Part shown: positions 31,306 through 39,205 of the stretch, piece after piece
Layout of the letters: each line of letters opens with the position of its first letter
Position numbering within the stretch: position 1 is the first letter of the stretch
Assembly: GCA_043812655.1 (NCBI GenBank)
Contig: JBDRLW010000017.1
Span: 1 to 39,205, forward strand
Direction of reading: 5' to 3'
Origin: a bacterium
GTDB lineage: Bacteria > Margulisbacteria > WOR-1 > O2-12-FULL-45-9 > XYB2-FULL-48-7
DNA: 39,205 nt
Notes under the pieces: generated by a model
Told to the model about the DNA's origin: nothing
The model's database searches: none
The model's input: only the letters and a program-made list of their open reading frames with translations
Made by a program: the position numbers and the translations under genes

Positions 31306-32564
31306 TAAACGTACTCTCCGGATTTTTAAATATTGCCGACCTTAGGAAAAAGATACTTTTTACCTTGGGGATGATAATATTATTTCGTTTAGGCGGCCAT
31401 ATCCCGGTAGCGGGGATCGATACGATCAAGCTGCAGCATCTTTTTGGCCAGGGGAATATCTTGAATTTCCTGGACCTTTTTACCGGCGGCGCGCTGATGC
31501 GTTTTTCGGTTTTTGCCCTGGGGATCGTCCCTTATATTAATGCCTCGATCATTTTCCAATTATTGCAAGTTGTGGTTCCGCAATTAGAAGAATTAGCGAA
31601 AGAAGGGGAGGCGGGACGGAAACAGATCGCTTCATATACCAGATACTTAACGGTTGCCCTGGCCGCTTTCCAGGCGTTTGGGATGGCGTTTTGGCTCAGG
31701 GGGGTCATGCTTGAAAATTATATCTTTATTTTCTTCCTGCTCGGGACAGTTATTTCCTTGACCGCTGGGAGTACCCTAGTGATGTGGTTTTCCGAATTGA
31801 TCACTGAAAAAGGGATCGGCAATGGCGCCTCCCTTTTGATTTTTGCCGGGATCGTGGCCCGGATCCCTTCCTATATTGGCCAAACGGTAACGTTGGTCAA
31901 AGGAGGGGCTCCCTTGATCGGGGTCATTATCTTAGTGGCCGCGTTCTTGATGATGATCGTAGCGATCGTTATTGTCCAGGAAGGCCAGCGGCGGATCCAG
32001 GTCCAATACGCGAAAAGGATAGTCGGCCGGAAAATGTATGGCGGCCAGTCGACTTATATACCGCTCCGGATCAACCAGGGCGGCGTGATCCCGATCATTT
32101 TTGCTTCTTCGGTTTTATTGTTCCCGGCCACGATCGCCCAATTTATCCCTAATCCCATGGTCCAAAAGATCGTGGGGATGCTTTCGCCGTCGGGCAGCTT
32201 ATACATGGTTTTCTACTTTGCCTTGATATTCTTTTTCACTTATTTTTACACGGCGATAACTTTTAATCCGAATGAATTAGCCGAGAACATAAAAAAATAT
32301 GGCGGTTTTATCATGGGGATCAGGCCAGGAAAGCCGACGGCGCAATATCTAGAATATACCTTGACCAGGTTAACGTTGGTCGGGGCGCTCTTCCTGGCGA
32401 CCATCGCGGTGGTGCCGACGATCATCGAAGGGCTGACGCATATCACTTCTTTTCAGGGGCTTGGTTCAACTTCGCTTTTGATCGTCGTTGGCGTGGCGCT
32501 TGACCTGGTCCGTCAAATAGAAACACATCTCGTGGCCAGGCAGTATGAGGGGCTGTTAGCATGA
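31302..32564 (+). CDS. secY: Preprotein translocase subunit SecY
   Basis: ALGIVPYINASI, GIGNGASL, GVIPIIFA, GIRPG, multiple transmembrane helices. Confidence 0.98.
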   Translation: MINVLSGFLNIADLRKKILFTLGMIILFRLGGHIPVAGIDTIKLQHLFGQGNILNFLDLFTGGALMRFSVFALGIVPYINASIIFQLLQVVVPQLEELAKEGEAGRKQIASYTRYLTVALAAFQAFGMAFWLRGVMLENYIFIFFLLGTVISLTAGSTLVMWFSELITEKGIGNGASLLIFAGIVARIPSYIGQTVTLVKGGAPLIGVIILVAAFLMMIVAIVIVQEGQRRIQVQYAKRIVGRKMYGGQSTYIPLRINQGGVIPIIFASSVLLFPATIAQFIPNPMVQKIVGMLSPSGSLYMVFYFALIFFFTYFYTAITFNPNELAENIKKYGGFIMGIRPGKPTAQYLEYTLTRLTLVGALFLATIAVVPTIIEGLTHITSFQGLGSTSLLIVVGVALDLVRQIETHLVARQYEGLLA

Positions 32565-33190
32565 TCTTGATATTTTTAGGGCCGCCTGGATCAGGCAAAG
32601 GGACCCAAGCCAAGATGTTGGCGGAGAAAAACAAGATACCGCACATTTCGCTGGGCGATATTTTGCGTGAAGAAGTGCGCCAAGGGACGCCGATCGGCAA
32701 AAAAGCGAAAGAGGCGATGAATGCCGGAAAGTTAGTCCCGGATGAATTGACGATCGAACTAACAGAAAAGCGGATCGGTCAACCAGACTGTAAGAACGGC
32801 TTTATCATTGACGGGTTCCCGCGCTCTTTCGCGCAAGCGGAGGCGCTTGATAAAATGTTCGTAAAAAATAAATTGGAGATCGACAAAGTGATCTACTTTG
32901 GCATTTCCAAAGAAGACGTGGTCAAGCGCTTGTCGGGGCGGCGAAGCTGCGGCGCCTGCGGCGCGGTTTATCACATTGAGAGCAAGCGGCCAAAAATGGA
33001 AGGCAAATGCGACATCTGCGGCGGCGAGCTGGCCATCCGGCCGGATGATAAAGCCGAAGTGATAGCGACCCGTTTTGAGGTTTACGAAAAGCAGACCAGG
33101 CCGCTAATTGAATTTTATCAGGCTAAGGGGAAACTCTTAGAGATCGACGCGGCGCTGCCGATCGAGCAAGTTTCAAAGGCTCTCGCCTAA
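32561..33190 (+). CDS. adk: Adenylate kinase with zinc LID
   Basis: GPPGSGKGTQA, DGFPR, CGAC...CDIC. Confidence 0.98.
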   Translation: MILIFLGPPGSGKGTQAKMLAEKNKIPHISLGDILREEVRQGTPIGKKAKEAMNAGKLVPDELTIELTEKRIGQPDCKNGFIIDGFPRSFAQAEALDKMFVKNKLEIDKVIYFGISKEDVVKRLSGRRSCGACGAVYHIESKRPKMEGKCDICGGELAIRPDDKAEVIATRFEVYEKQTRPLIEFYQAKGKLLEIDAALPIEQVSKALA

Positions 33191-33198
33191 GTTCCTTG

Positions 33199-33954
33199 AT
33201 GGCTGTTATAAAAATAAAATCTAAAGACGAGGTCGAGCTGATCCGCGAAGCCGGGGCGATCGTGGCTGAAGTTTTAGACAAGCTTAGCCGCTTGGCCCAA
33301 CCGGGAATAACGACCGAAGAACTTGACCGGGCAGGCGAGAAGCTGATCAGGGAGCGGGGAGCCAACCCTGTTTTTATCGGCTATCGTGGATACCGTCACG
33401 CGACGTGTATCTCGCTTAACCACGAAGTTGTCCATGGTATCCCGGGCAAAAGGGAATTAAAAAAGGGCGACATTGTCAGTATTGATGTTGGCGCTCAAAA
33501 AGCCGGTTATATCGGCGATAGCGCGGTGACCGTACCGGTTGGCAAGATCTCTGGTAAAACGGAAAAGCTTTTGCGGGTCGGGAAAGAAGCTTTGAAGCTG
33601 GCGATCCGCCAAGCCAGGGCGGGGAACCACCTGGGTGATGTTTCGGCCGCGATCCAGAGAGTGGCTGAAAAAAATGGTTTTTCGGTCGTTCGCGATCTAT
33701 ATGGACACGGAGTTGGCCGGGACCTGCACGAGGATCCGCTGATCCCAAATTATGGCAATCCGGGAGAAGGGGCGGCTCTAAAGGCCGGGATGGTCCTGGC
33801 GATCGAACCGATGCTCAATATGGGAAGTTGGAAGGTGAGGACGCAAGATGATGGGTGGACAGTAATAACGGAGGACAGGTCCCTATCTTGCCATTTTGAA
33901 CATACGGTGGTAGTGACTGACGGTGATCCCGAGGTCTTAACCAAGGTAAAATGA
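33199..33954 (+). CDS. map: Methionine aminopeptidase type I
   Basis: [33 protein letters not shown]. Confidence 0.98.
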   Translation: MAVIKIKSKDEVELIREAGAIVAEVLDKLSRLAQPGITTEELDRAGEKLIRERGANPVFIGYRGYRHATCISLNHEVVHGIPGKRELKKGDIVSIDVGAQKAGYIGDSAVTVPVGKISGKTEKLLRVGKEALKLAIRQARAGNHLGDVSAAIQRVAEKNGFSVVRDLYGHGVGRDLHEDPLIPNYGNPGEGAALKAGMVLAIEPMLNMGSWKVRTQDDGWTVITEDRSLSCHFEHTVVVTDGDPEVLTKVK

Positions 33955-34169
33955 AAGATAAAGATGTAATTGAATTAGAAGGGGAGATCATTGACGCTTT
34001 ACCGAGCGCCCTTTTTAAAGTAAAACTAGAGACAGGGCAAGAGATATTGGCCCACGTTTCCGGGAAGATCCGCAAGCATTTTATTCGGATCTTGCGGGGA
34101 GACAAGGTCAGGGTTGAACTTTCACCCTACGATTTAACGAGGGGTCGAATTACATATAGGATGAAATAG
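33951..34169 (+). CDS. infA: Translation initiation factor IF-1
   Basis: [24 protein letters not shown]. Confidence 0.98.
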   Translation: MKDKDVIELEGEIIDALPSALFKVKLETGQEILAHVSGKIRKHFIRILRGDKVRVELSPYDLTRGRITYRMK

Positions 34170-34181
34170 AGAGGTAATAAA

Positions 34182-34295
34182 ATGAAAGTAAGGTCATCAG
34201 TTAAAAAGATCTGTGATAAATGTAAAATAGTGCGCCGGCGCGGACGCGTGTACGTGCTGTGCGAAGTTCCCAAGCATAAACAGAAACAAGGGTAA
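34182..34295 (+). CDS. rpmJ: 50S ribosomal protein L36 (not in the ORF track)
   Basis: Manual translation: [37 protein letters not shown]. Confidence 0.97.
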   Translation: MKVRSSVKKICDKCKIVRRRGRVYVLCEVPKHKQKQG

Positions 34296-34310
34296 AAAGG
34301 AGAATATTAA

Positions 34311-34697
34311 ATGGTACGATTAGTTGGGGTTGATCTGCCGCCAAATAAGCGGGCGGTTGTTGGGTTGACATATATTTATGGGATCGGCGATGCTTTAGCC
34401 AAAGACATTTTAACTAAGGCGGGGATCAGCCTGGAAGAGAAGATAAAAGACCTAAATGATTCCCAAGTCGTGGCGATCCGTGAAGTGCTCAAAGATTATA
34501 AGTTGGAAGGCGACCTGCGCAAAGATGTTTCACTTTCAATAAAAAGATTGATAGACATCGGCTCTTATCGCGGGACCAGACACCGCAAAGGGCTTCCGAC
34601 CAGGGGGCAAAGGACCAGGACCAATGCCAGGACATTGCGGGGCGGCAGGAAAACAGTCGGACTAGGCAGGAAAAAAGAAGAAGAAAAGAAGGAGTAA
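34311..34697 (+). CDS. rpsM: 30S ribosomal protein S13
   Basis: [28 protein letters not shown]. Confidence 0.98.
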   Translation: MVRLVGVDLPPNKRAVVGLTYIYGIGDALAKDILTKAGISLEEKIKDLNDSQVVAIREVLKDYKLEGDLRKDVSLSIKRLIDIGSYRGTRHRKGLPTRGQRTRTNARTLRGGRKTVGLGRKKEEEKKE

Positions 34698-34700
34698 AAA

Positions 34701-35117
34701 ATGGGAGAAGAAGAAAAACAAAAACAACCGGTAGAGAAGGCGAAACCAAGGAAGAGGGAAAAACGAAAAGTTTTCTCGACCGGGGTCGCTCATATCCAAG
34801 CCACTTTTAATAATACTATCGTCTCGATCACTGACATGAATGGCGGTGTTGTCGCCTGGGCCTCTTCCGGTGCTTGCGGTTTTAGGGGGACAAAAAAAGG
34901 GACCCCATTCGCGGCTTCCTCGGCAGCGGAAAAAGCGGCGGCTAAAGCGCTCGAAGCGGGCGTCCGCGAGGTCAGCGTTTTAGTCAAAGGGCCGGGCGCC
35001 GGGCGGGAAACCGCGATCCGGGCGCTCCAAGGGGCGGGTCTTGATATCAGCTCAATTAAAGACGTAACGCCAATTCCCCATAACGGCTGCCGTCCGCCGA
35101 AAAAGAGGAGAGTCTAA
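34701..35117 (+). CDS. rpsK: 30S ribosomal protein S11
   Basis: [28 protein letters not shown]. Confidence 0.98.
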   Translation: MGEEEKQKQPVEKAKPRKREKRKVFSTGVAHIQATFNNTIVSITDMNGGVVAWASSGACGFRGTKKGTPFAASSAAEKAAAKALEAGVREVSVLVKGPGAGRETAIRALQGAGLDISSIKDVTPIPHNGCRPPKKRRV

Positions 35118-35734
35118 TGGGTAGACATTTAGAATCGACCTGTAAATTATGCCGGCGGGAAGGGGAAAAGCTTTTTCTTAAAGGCGAGCGCTGTTTTACC
35201 GATAAGTGCGCTTACAAACGGCGGTCATTTGGCCCGGGCCAGCACGGGAAATTGCCGGTGCGGGTCTCTGAATACCAGATCAGGTTGCGGGAAAAACAAA
35301 AAGCCCGCCGCATTTACGGGCTAGGGGAGAGACAATTCGCCAATTATTTTGAACGGGCGTCAAAACGGGCCGGCGCGACCGGAGAAAAATTACTGGAATT
35401 TTTGGAGAGAAGGCTCGATAATGTTGTCTATCGCCTAGGTTTCGCGACTTCCAGGCAGGCGGCCAGGCAGATGGTGAGAAATGGCGGGATCTTAGTCAAC
35501 GGAAAAAAAGTTAACATCCCTTCATACGAAGTTGTTGCCGACGAAGCGATCATGGTAGCGCCAAAGGTCGCGAAATTAGCCAAGGAAGCGCTAGAAAAAT
35601 TCCCCGATCGGGTCTTGCCCGCTTGGATAGCGTTATCCGGCGAAGTAGAAGGCAAGGTTATCTCAATGCCCAAACGCGCCGAGATAGACACCGCGGTCGA
35701 AGAAAATCTGATAGTCGAGTATTACTCGAGATAA
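35117..35734 (+). CDS. rpsD: 30S ribosomal protein S4
   Basis: [31 protein letters not shown]. Confidence 0.98.
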   Translation: MGRHLESTCKLCRREGEKLFLKGERCFTDKCAYKRRSFGPGQHGKLPVRVSEYQIRLREKQKARRIYGLGERQFANYFERASKRAGATGEKLLEFLERRLDNVVYRLGFATSRQAARQMVRNGGILVNGKKVNIPSYEVVADEAIMVAPKVAKLAKEALEKFPDRVLPAWIALSGEVEGKVISMPKRAEIDTAVEENLIVEYYSR

Positions 35735-35749
35735 TAAGGAGGAAAAGAG

Positions 35750-36688
35750 ATGGTATCAATAGGAGAAAAGCCGTGGGTCAGGGTGGAGGAGTTGGCGGAT
35801 AAATTCGGGAAATTCGTGGTGGAACCGCTTCCTCGTGGCTACGGCGCGACACTTGGCAACCCCCTGCGGCGCATTTTACTTTCGTCGTTGACCGGCGCGG
35901 CCGTTACCGCAGTTAAAATTGACGGAGTTTCACACCAGTTCTCAACCATTGAAGGCGTCAGTGAAGATGTCCTGCACATCCTCCTCAACTTAAAAGAAAT
36001 TGTCATTAGATCTCATTCTGACGAGCCCAAAACCATTACTTTAAAGGCCAAAGGCAAAGGGGAAGTTAAGGCGTCAGCGATCGAACATGATGCCGAGATC
36101 GAGATAGTTAATCCTGACCAGCTGATCGCGACCCTCGACAATGGCGGGAAGCTTAGCCTGGAAATGATCGTGGAGCGGGGCAAAGGTTATGTCCCAGCGG
36201 AAAGGAACAATAAGGCCGATCTGCCCGTCGGATTTATGCCGACCGACTCAATTTATTCACCGGTCCTTAAAGTTAATATCGCGACTGAAGAGGTCCGGGT
36301 CGGCCAGGAGATCAATTACGATCGTTTGGTCTTGACCGTCTGGACCAATGGCGCGGTAGCTGTTGATGAGGCGGTCAGGGAAAGCGCCAAGATCTTGGCC
36401 AGGCACGTTGACCTTTTTATCCACTTGGGAGAAAAGAGCGACAGTCCAGGGCTAGAAGCGGCCGGCGCCTCCGAAGTCCCTTCTACTGTCATGGAAATGA
36501 ACATCGAGGACCTGGAATTTTCTTCACGGTCGCTCAATTGCTTAAAGAAAGTCGGCATTAAGAAAGTTAAAGAACTGGTCGCTTTGTCGGAAGCGGACCT
36601 GATGAAGTTCAAGAATTTCGGGTCAAAATCATTGACCGAAGTCCACGAAAAACTCGCGGAATACAAATTAAAGCTTAAAGGAGAATAA
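35750..36688 (+). CDS. rpoA: RNA polymerase alpha subunit
   Basis: EPLPRGYGATLGNPLRRILLSS, RSLNCLK, NFGSKS. Confidence 0.98.
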   Translation: MVSIGEKPWVRVEELADKFGKFVVEPLPRGYGATLGNPLRRILLSSLTGAAVTAVKIDGVSHQFSTIEGVSEDVLHILLNLKEIVIRSHSDEPKTITLKAKGKGEVKASAIEHDAEIEIVNPDQLIATLDNGGKLSLEMIVERGKGYVPAERNNKADLPVGFMPTDSIYSPVLKVNIATEEVRVGQEINYDRLVLTVWTNGAVAVDEAVRESAKILARHVDLFIHLGEKSDSPGLEAAGASEVPSTVMEMNIEDLEFSSRSLNCLKKVGIKKVKELVALSEADLMKFKNFGSKSLTEVHEKLAEYKLKLKGE

Positions 36689-36693
36689 CCAGC

Positions 36694-37044
36694 ATGCGGC
36701 ACCGTTTAGGAAATAAGAAGTTAAGCCGGGCTACAGACCAACGTTTGGCGCTCTTGGCGTCGACCGTTAAAGCTTTGTTTAAGCAGGGGAAAGTTACGGT
36801 TACCGTGACGCGGGCCAAAGAAGCGCGGCGGATGGCCGAGAAGCTTATCACCAAAGCTAAGGCGAACGATCTAAACGCCAGGCGGGCGCTTGAAAGCGTC
36901 TTGCACGACCGGGCCTTGGTAACGGATGTTTGCAAGACTTTTCCCTCGCGATTCGAAGGCCGCCCCGGCGGCTACACCAGGATAATTAAAACTGGGCCTC
37001 GGCTCGGCGATTCCGCCCCGATGGCAGTATTGGAGTTATTATGA
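36694..37044 (+). CDS. rplQ: 50S ribosomal protein L17
   Basis: MRHR, RPGGYTRI, GDSAPMA. Confidence 0.98.
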   Translation: MRHRLGNKKLSRATDQRLALLASTVKALFKQGKVTVTVTRAKEARRMAEKLITKAKANDLNARRALESVLHDRALVTDVCKTFPSRFEGRPGGYTRIIKTGPRLGDSAPMAVLELL

Positions 37045-37478
37045 AGAAGAGAAAAACAAAATTTATTGATAAAAGCAAGGTCGTCAGGCAATGGTTCCTA
37101 GCCGACGCCTCCGAATGGGTGCTTGGCCGTTTAGCCAGCCAGGCGGCGGTCTATCTGCGGGGAAAACACAAGCCGATCTATACGCCGCAAACCGATTGCG
37201 GAGATTACATCGTGGTGGTTAACGCGGAAAAGATCAAATTTACCGGCGCCAAAGCCAAGGCTAAGACTTATTTCACCCATTCTGGATATCCCGGCGGCGA
37301 CAAATTATTGACGCTCGAAAAAATGCTGGAAAAGAAACCGGAAAAAGTGATCCAGTTGGCGATCGGCGGGATGTTGCCCCACGGCCGGCTAGGTGCTAAA
37401 ATGATCAAGAAATTAAAGGTCTATCGGGGTGAACGGAAAGAATTTAACAAGTTGCCGAAATTAGAGGGAGCAAAATAA
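37041..37478 (+). CDS. rplM: 50S ribosomal protein L13
   Basis: LGRLAS, GKHKP.YTP..DCGD, HSGYPGG, GMLP. Confidence 0.98.
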   Translation: MKKRKTKFIDKSKVVRQWFLADASEWVLGRLASQAAVYLRGKHKPIYTPQTDCGDYIVVVNAEKIKFTGAKAKAKTYFTHSGYPGGDKLLTLEKMLEKKPEKVIQLAIGGMLPHGRLGAKMIKKLKVYRGERKEFNKLPKLEGAK

Positions 37479-38044
37479 TGGCTGAACCAAAGAAAAAAGC
37501 GTCGGCCCCTAAAAAGAAAAAAGCGGAACCAAAGAAAGAAGCAAAAAAAGAAATAAAAAAAGCGATCCCAGCCGTTGAAGATAAAAAGATGACGGAGACG
37601 GTTGCTGTTGCCCCCAAAATTAAAGTCATCACCACCCCAAAAGTTAAAATGCCGGCCCAAAAATATTTTGGGACAGGGCGGCGGAAAGAAGCCGTGGCTA
37701 AGGTTTGGATCGCGCCGGGGAGCGGCAAGATCTTGGTTAACGGCAAGACCAAAGAAGAATATTTTTGCGGCCGCAAGACGATCGAATACCAGATCGCCCG
37801 GCCGTTCATCACGACTAAAAATGAAGGGAAATACGACGTTTGGGCCAAGGTTTTTGGCGGCGGCGTCCCTGGACAAGCCGGAGCGGTGACACTTGGGATC
37901 TCCCGAGCTTTGATCCAGTTCAATCCCGACTTAAAACCAATGCTCAAAAGAGAAGGCCTATTAACCCGCGACCCGAGGATGAAAGAGCGGAAGAAATACG
38001 GCCTCAAACGGGCCAGAAAAGCTTTCCAATTTAGCAAACGTTAA
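37478..38044 (+). CDS. rpsI: 30S ribosomal protein S9 with long Lys-rich N-terminal extension
   Basis: GTGRRK, GGG..GQAGA, LTRDPRMKERKKYG, FSKR. Confidence 0.98.
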   Translation: MAEPKKKASAPKKKKAEPKKEAKKEIKKAIPAVEDKKMTETVAVAPKIKVITTPKVKMPAQKYFGTGRRKEAVAKVWIAPGSGKILVNGKTKEEYFCGRKTIEYQIARPFITTKNEGKYDVWAKVFGGGVPGQAGAVTLGISRALIQFNPDLKPMLKREGLLTRDPRMKERKKYGLKRARKAFQFSKR

Positions 38045-38059
38045 AGAAGGGAGATTGCC

Positions 38060-39205
38060 ATGAGTAAAAAAAGACAGCTGATCAAATACAATTTGATGAT
38101 CCCTGGCCCCACACCCATTCCCACCCGAGTCCTCGCGGCGATGAACCACGATATGATCGGCCACCGCGGCCCATTATTTTCGGCCGTGATGAAAGAAGTG
38201 ATGGAAGGGCTCCGCTGGGCTTACGAAACCAAGAACGAAATTTTTATTTACCCCTCATCCGGCACCGGCGGGATGGAAGTCGCCGCGGTCAATGTCCTTT
38301 CTCCCGGCGATAAAGTTATTGTCCTAAATATCGGCAACTTTGGCGCCAGATGGGCCAAGATCTGTAAAGCTTACGGTGCCGACGTTAACGACGTTAAATT
38401 TGAGCGAGGGAAAGCGGCCGACCCAAAAGTGTTGGAAGCCGAATTAAAAAAAGGTTCGGTCAAAGCGGTTTTTATGCAGATGAACGAAACTTCGACCGGT
38501 GTTCTCAATGATGTTGAAACGCTGGCTAAAACGGTCAGAAAGGTTCAGCCTGAAGCCTTGATCATGGTTGACGCGGTTTCCGGGATGATGGCGGCGCCAC
38601 TTAAGACCGACGAATGGGACCTAGACGTGGTCGTTTCCGGTTCGCAAAAAGCTTTTATGGTTCCTCCAGGCGTAGCCGCGGTCTCAATTTCGGCCAGAGC
38701 CTGGAAAGCTTACGAAACTTCAAAATGCGCCAAGCATTACTGGGATTGGGGTTTAATGAAAGCGGAAGCGCCAAAAGGGCACACTTACACCACGCCCCCG
38801 GAATCTTTGATCTTTGGGATGCGCGAAGGCCTTAAGATGCTCCAGGAAGAAGGACGGGAAAATGTTTTTGCCCGCCATCAAGCCAACCGTGATCTCCTCC
38901 GAACTGCCGCTAAAGCGCTCGGTTTGAAACTATTAGCTGATGATTCCCACGCTTCACCGGCTGTGACCGCGATCTTTCCGCCCGAGGGGGTAGATGGGGA
39001 AGAGGTCCGCAAATTTATGCGCGAAGATTTTAACGTGGAAGTCGCTCCCGGTCAAGGCGAACTAAAAGGGAAGGTCTTCCGCATCGGCCATCTTGGCTAT
39101 GTCGACTCGCTCGACCTGATCGGCGCTTGGGCGGCCGTGGAGATCCTTTTTAAACGGCTGGGAGCCAAGATCAACTTTGGCGCCGGCGTCAAAGCGATGA
39201 TGGAA
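38060..39205 (+). CDS. Class V PLP-dependent aminotransferase (alanine-glyoxylate / serine-pyruvate family), running off the window end
   Basis: Manual translation: LMIPGPTP, GHRG, SSGTGGME, NETSTGV, VDAVS, SGSQKAF (PLP Lys), FRIGHLG. AAGGGAG SD sequence. No stop seen before 39205. Confidence 0.92.
   Translation, partial: MSKKRQLIKYNLMIPGPTPIPTRVLAAMNHDMIGHRGPLFSAVMKEVMEGLRWAYETKNEIFIYPSSGTGGMEVAAVNVLSPGDKVIVLNIGNFGARWAKICKAYGADVNDVKFERGKAADPKVLEAELKKGSVKAVFMQMNETSTGVLNDVETLAKTVRKVQPEALIMVDAVSGMMAAPLKTDEWDLDVVVSGSQKAFMVPPGVAAVSISARAWKAYETSKCAKHYWDWGLMKAEAPKGHTYTTPPESLIFGMREGLKMLQEEGRENVFARHQANRDLLRTAAKALGLKLLADDSHASPAVTAIFPPEGVDGEEVRKFMREDFNVEVAPGQGELKGKVFRIGHLGYVDSLDLIGAWAAVEILFKRLGAKINFGAGVKAMME

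Overview
Bacterial chromosomal window, all real genes on the + strand. From 9.5 kb to the end lies one very compact ribosomal/RNA polymerase superoperon: rpmG, tRNA-Trp, secE, nusG, rplKAJL, rpoBC, rpsLG, fusA, the S10, spc and alpha clusters, rplM, rpsI, and a class V aminotransferase cut by the window edge. tuf, rpmD and truA are missing from their usual slots. The RNAP has cyanobacteria-like motifs but an unsplit rpoC, suggesting a non-photosynthetic relative such as Margulisbacteria/Saganbacteria (inference). The first 9.4 kb is accessory-rich. (1) A leaderless HTH gene plus a large serine recombinase sit between long, substitution-free inverted repeats (134-320 / 2022-2261). The repeats carry both the recombinase 3' end and the RBS and first codons of miaB, so inversion would keep miaB intact while changing the recombinase C-terminus. 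This is the best candidate for an undescribed system. (2) miaB lacks its TRAM domain and is followed by a long hairpin of about 9-nt repeats around a GTAG REP-like core. (3) miaB, hom and two intergenic gaps carry heptamer tandem repeats. (4) A hipBST toxin-antitoxin module and a large lipoprotein gene lie between reiterated stop-hairpin-promoter units upstream of the ribosomal operon.
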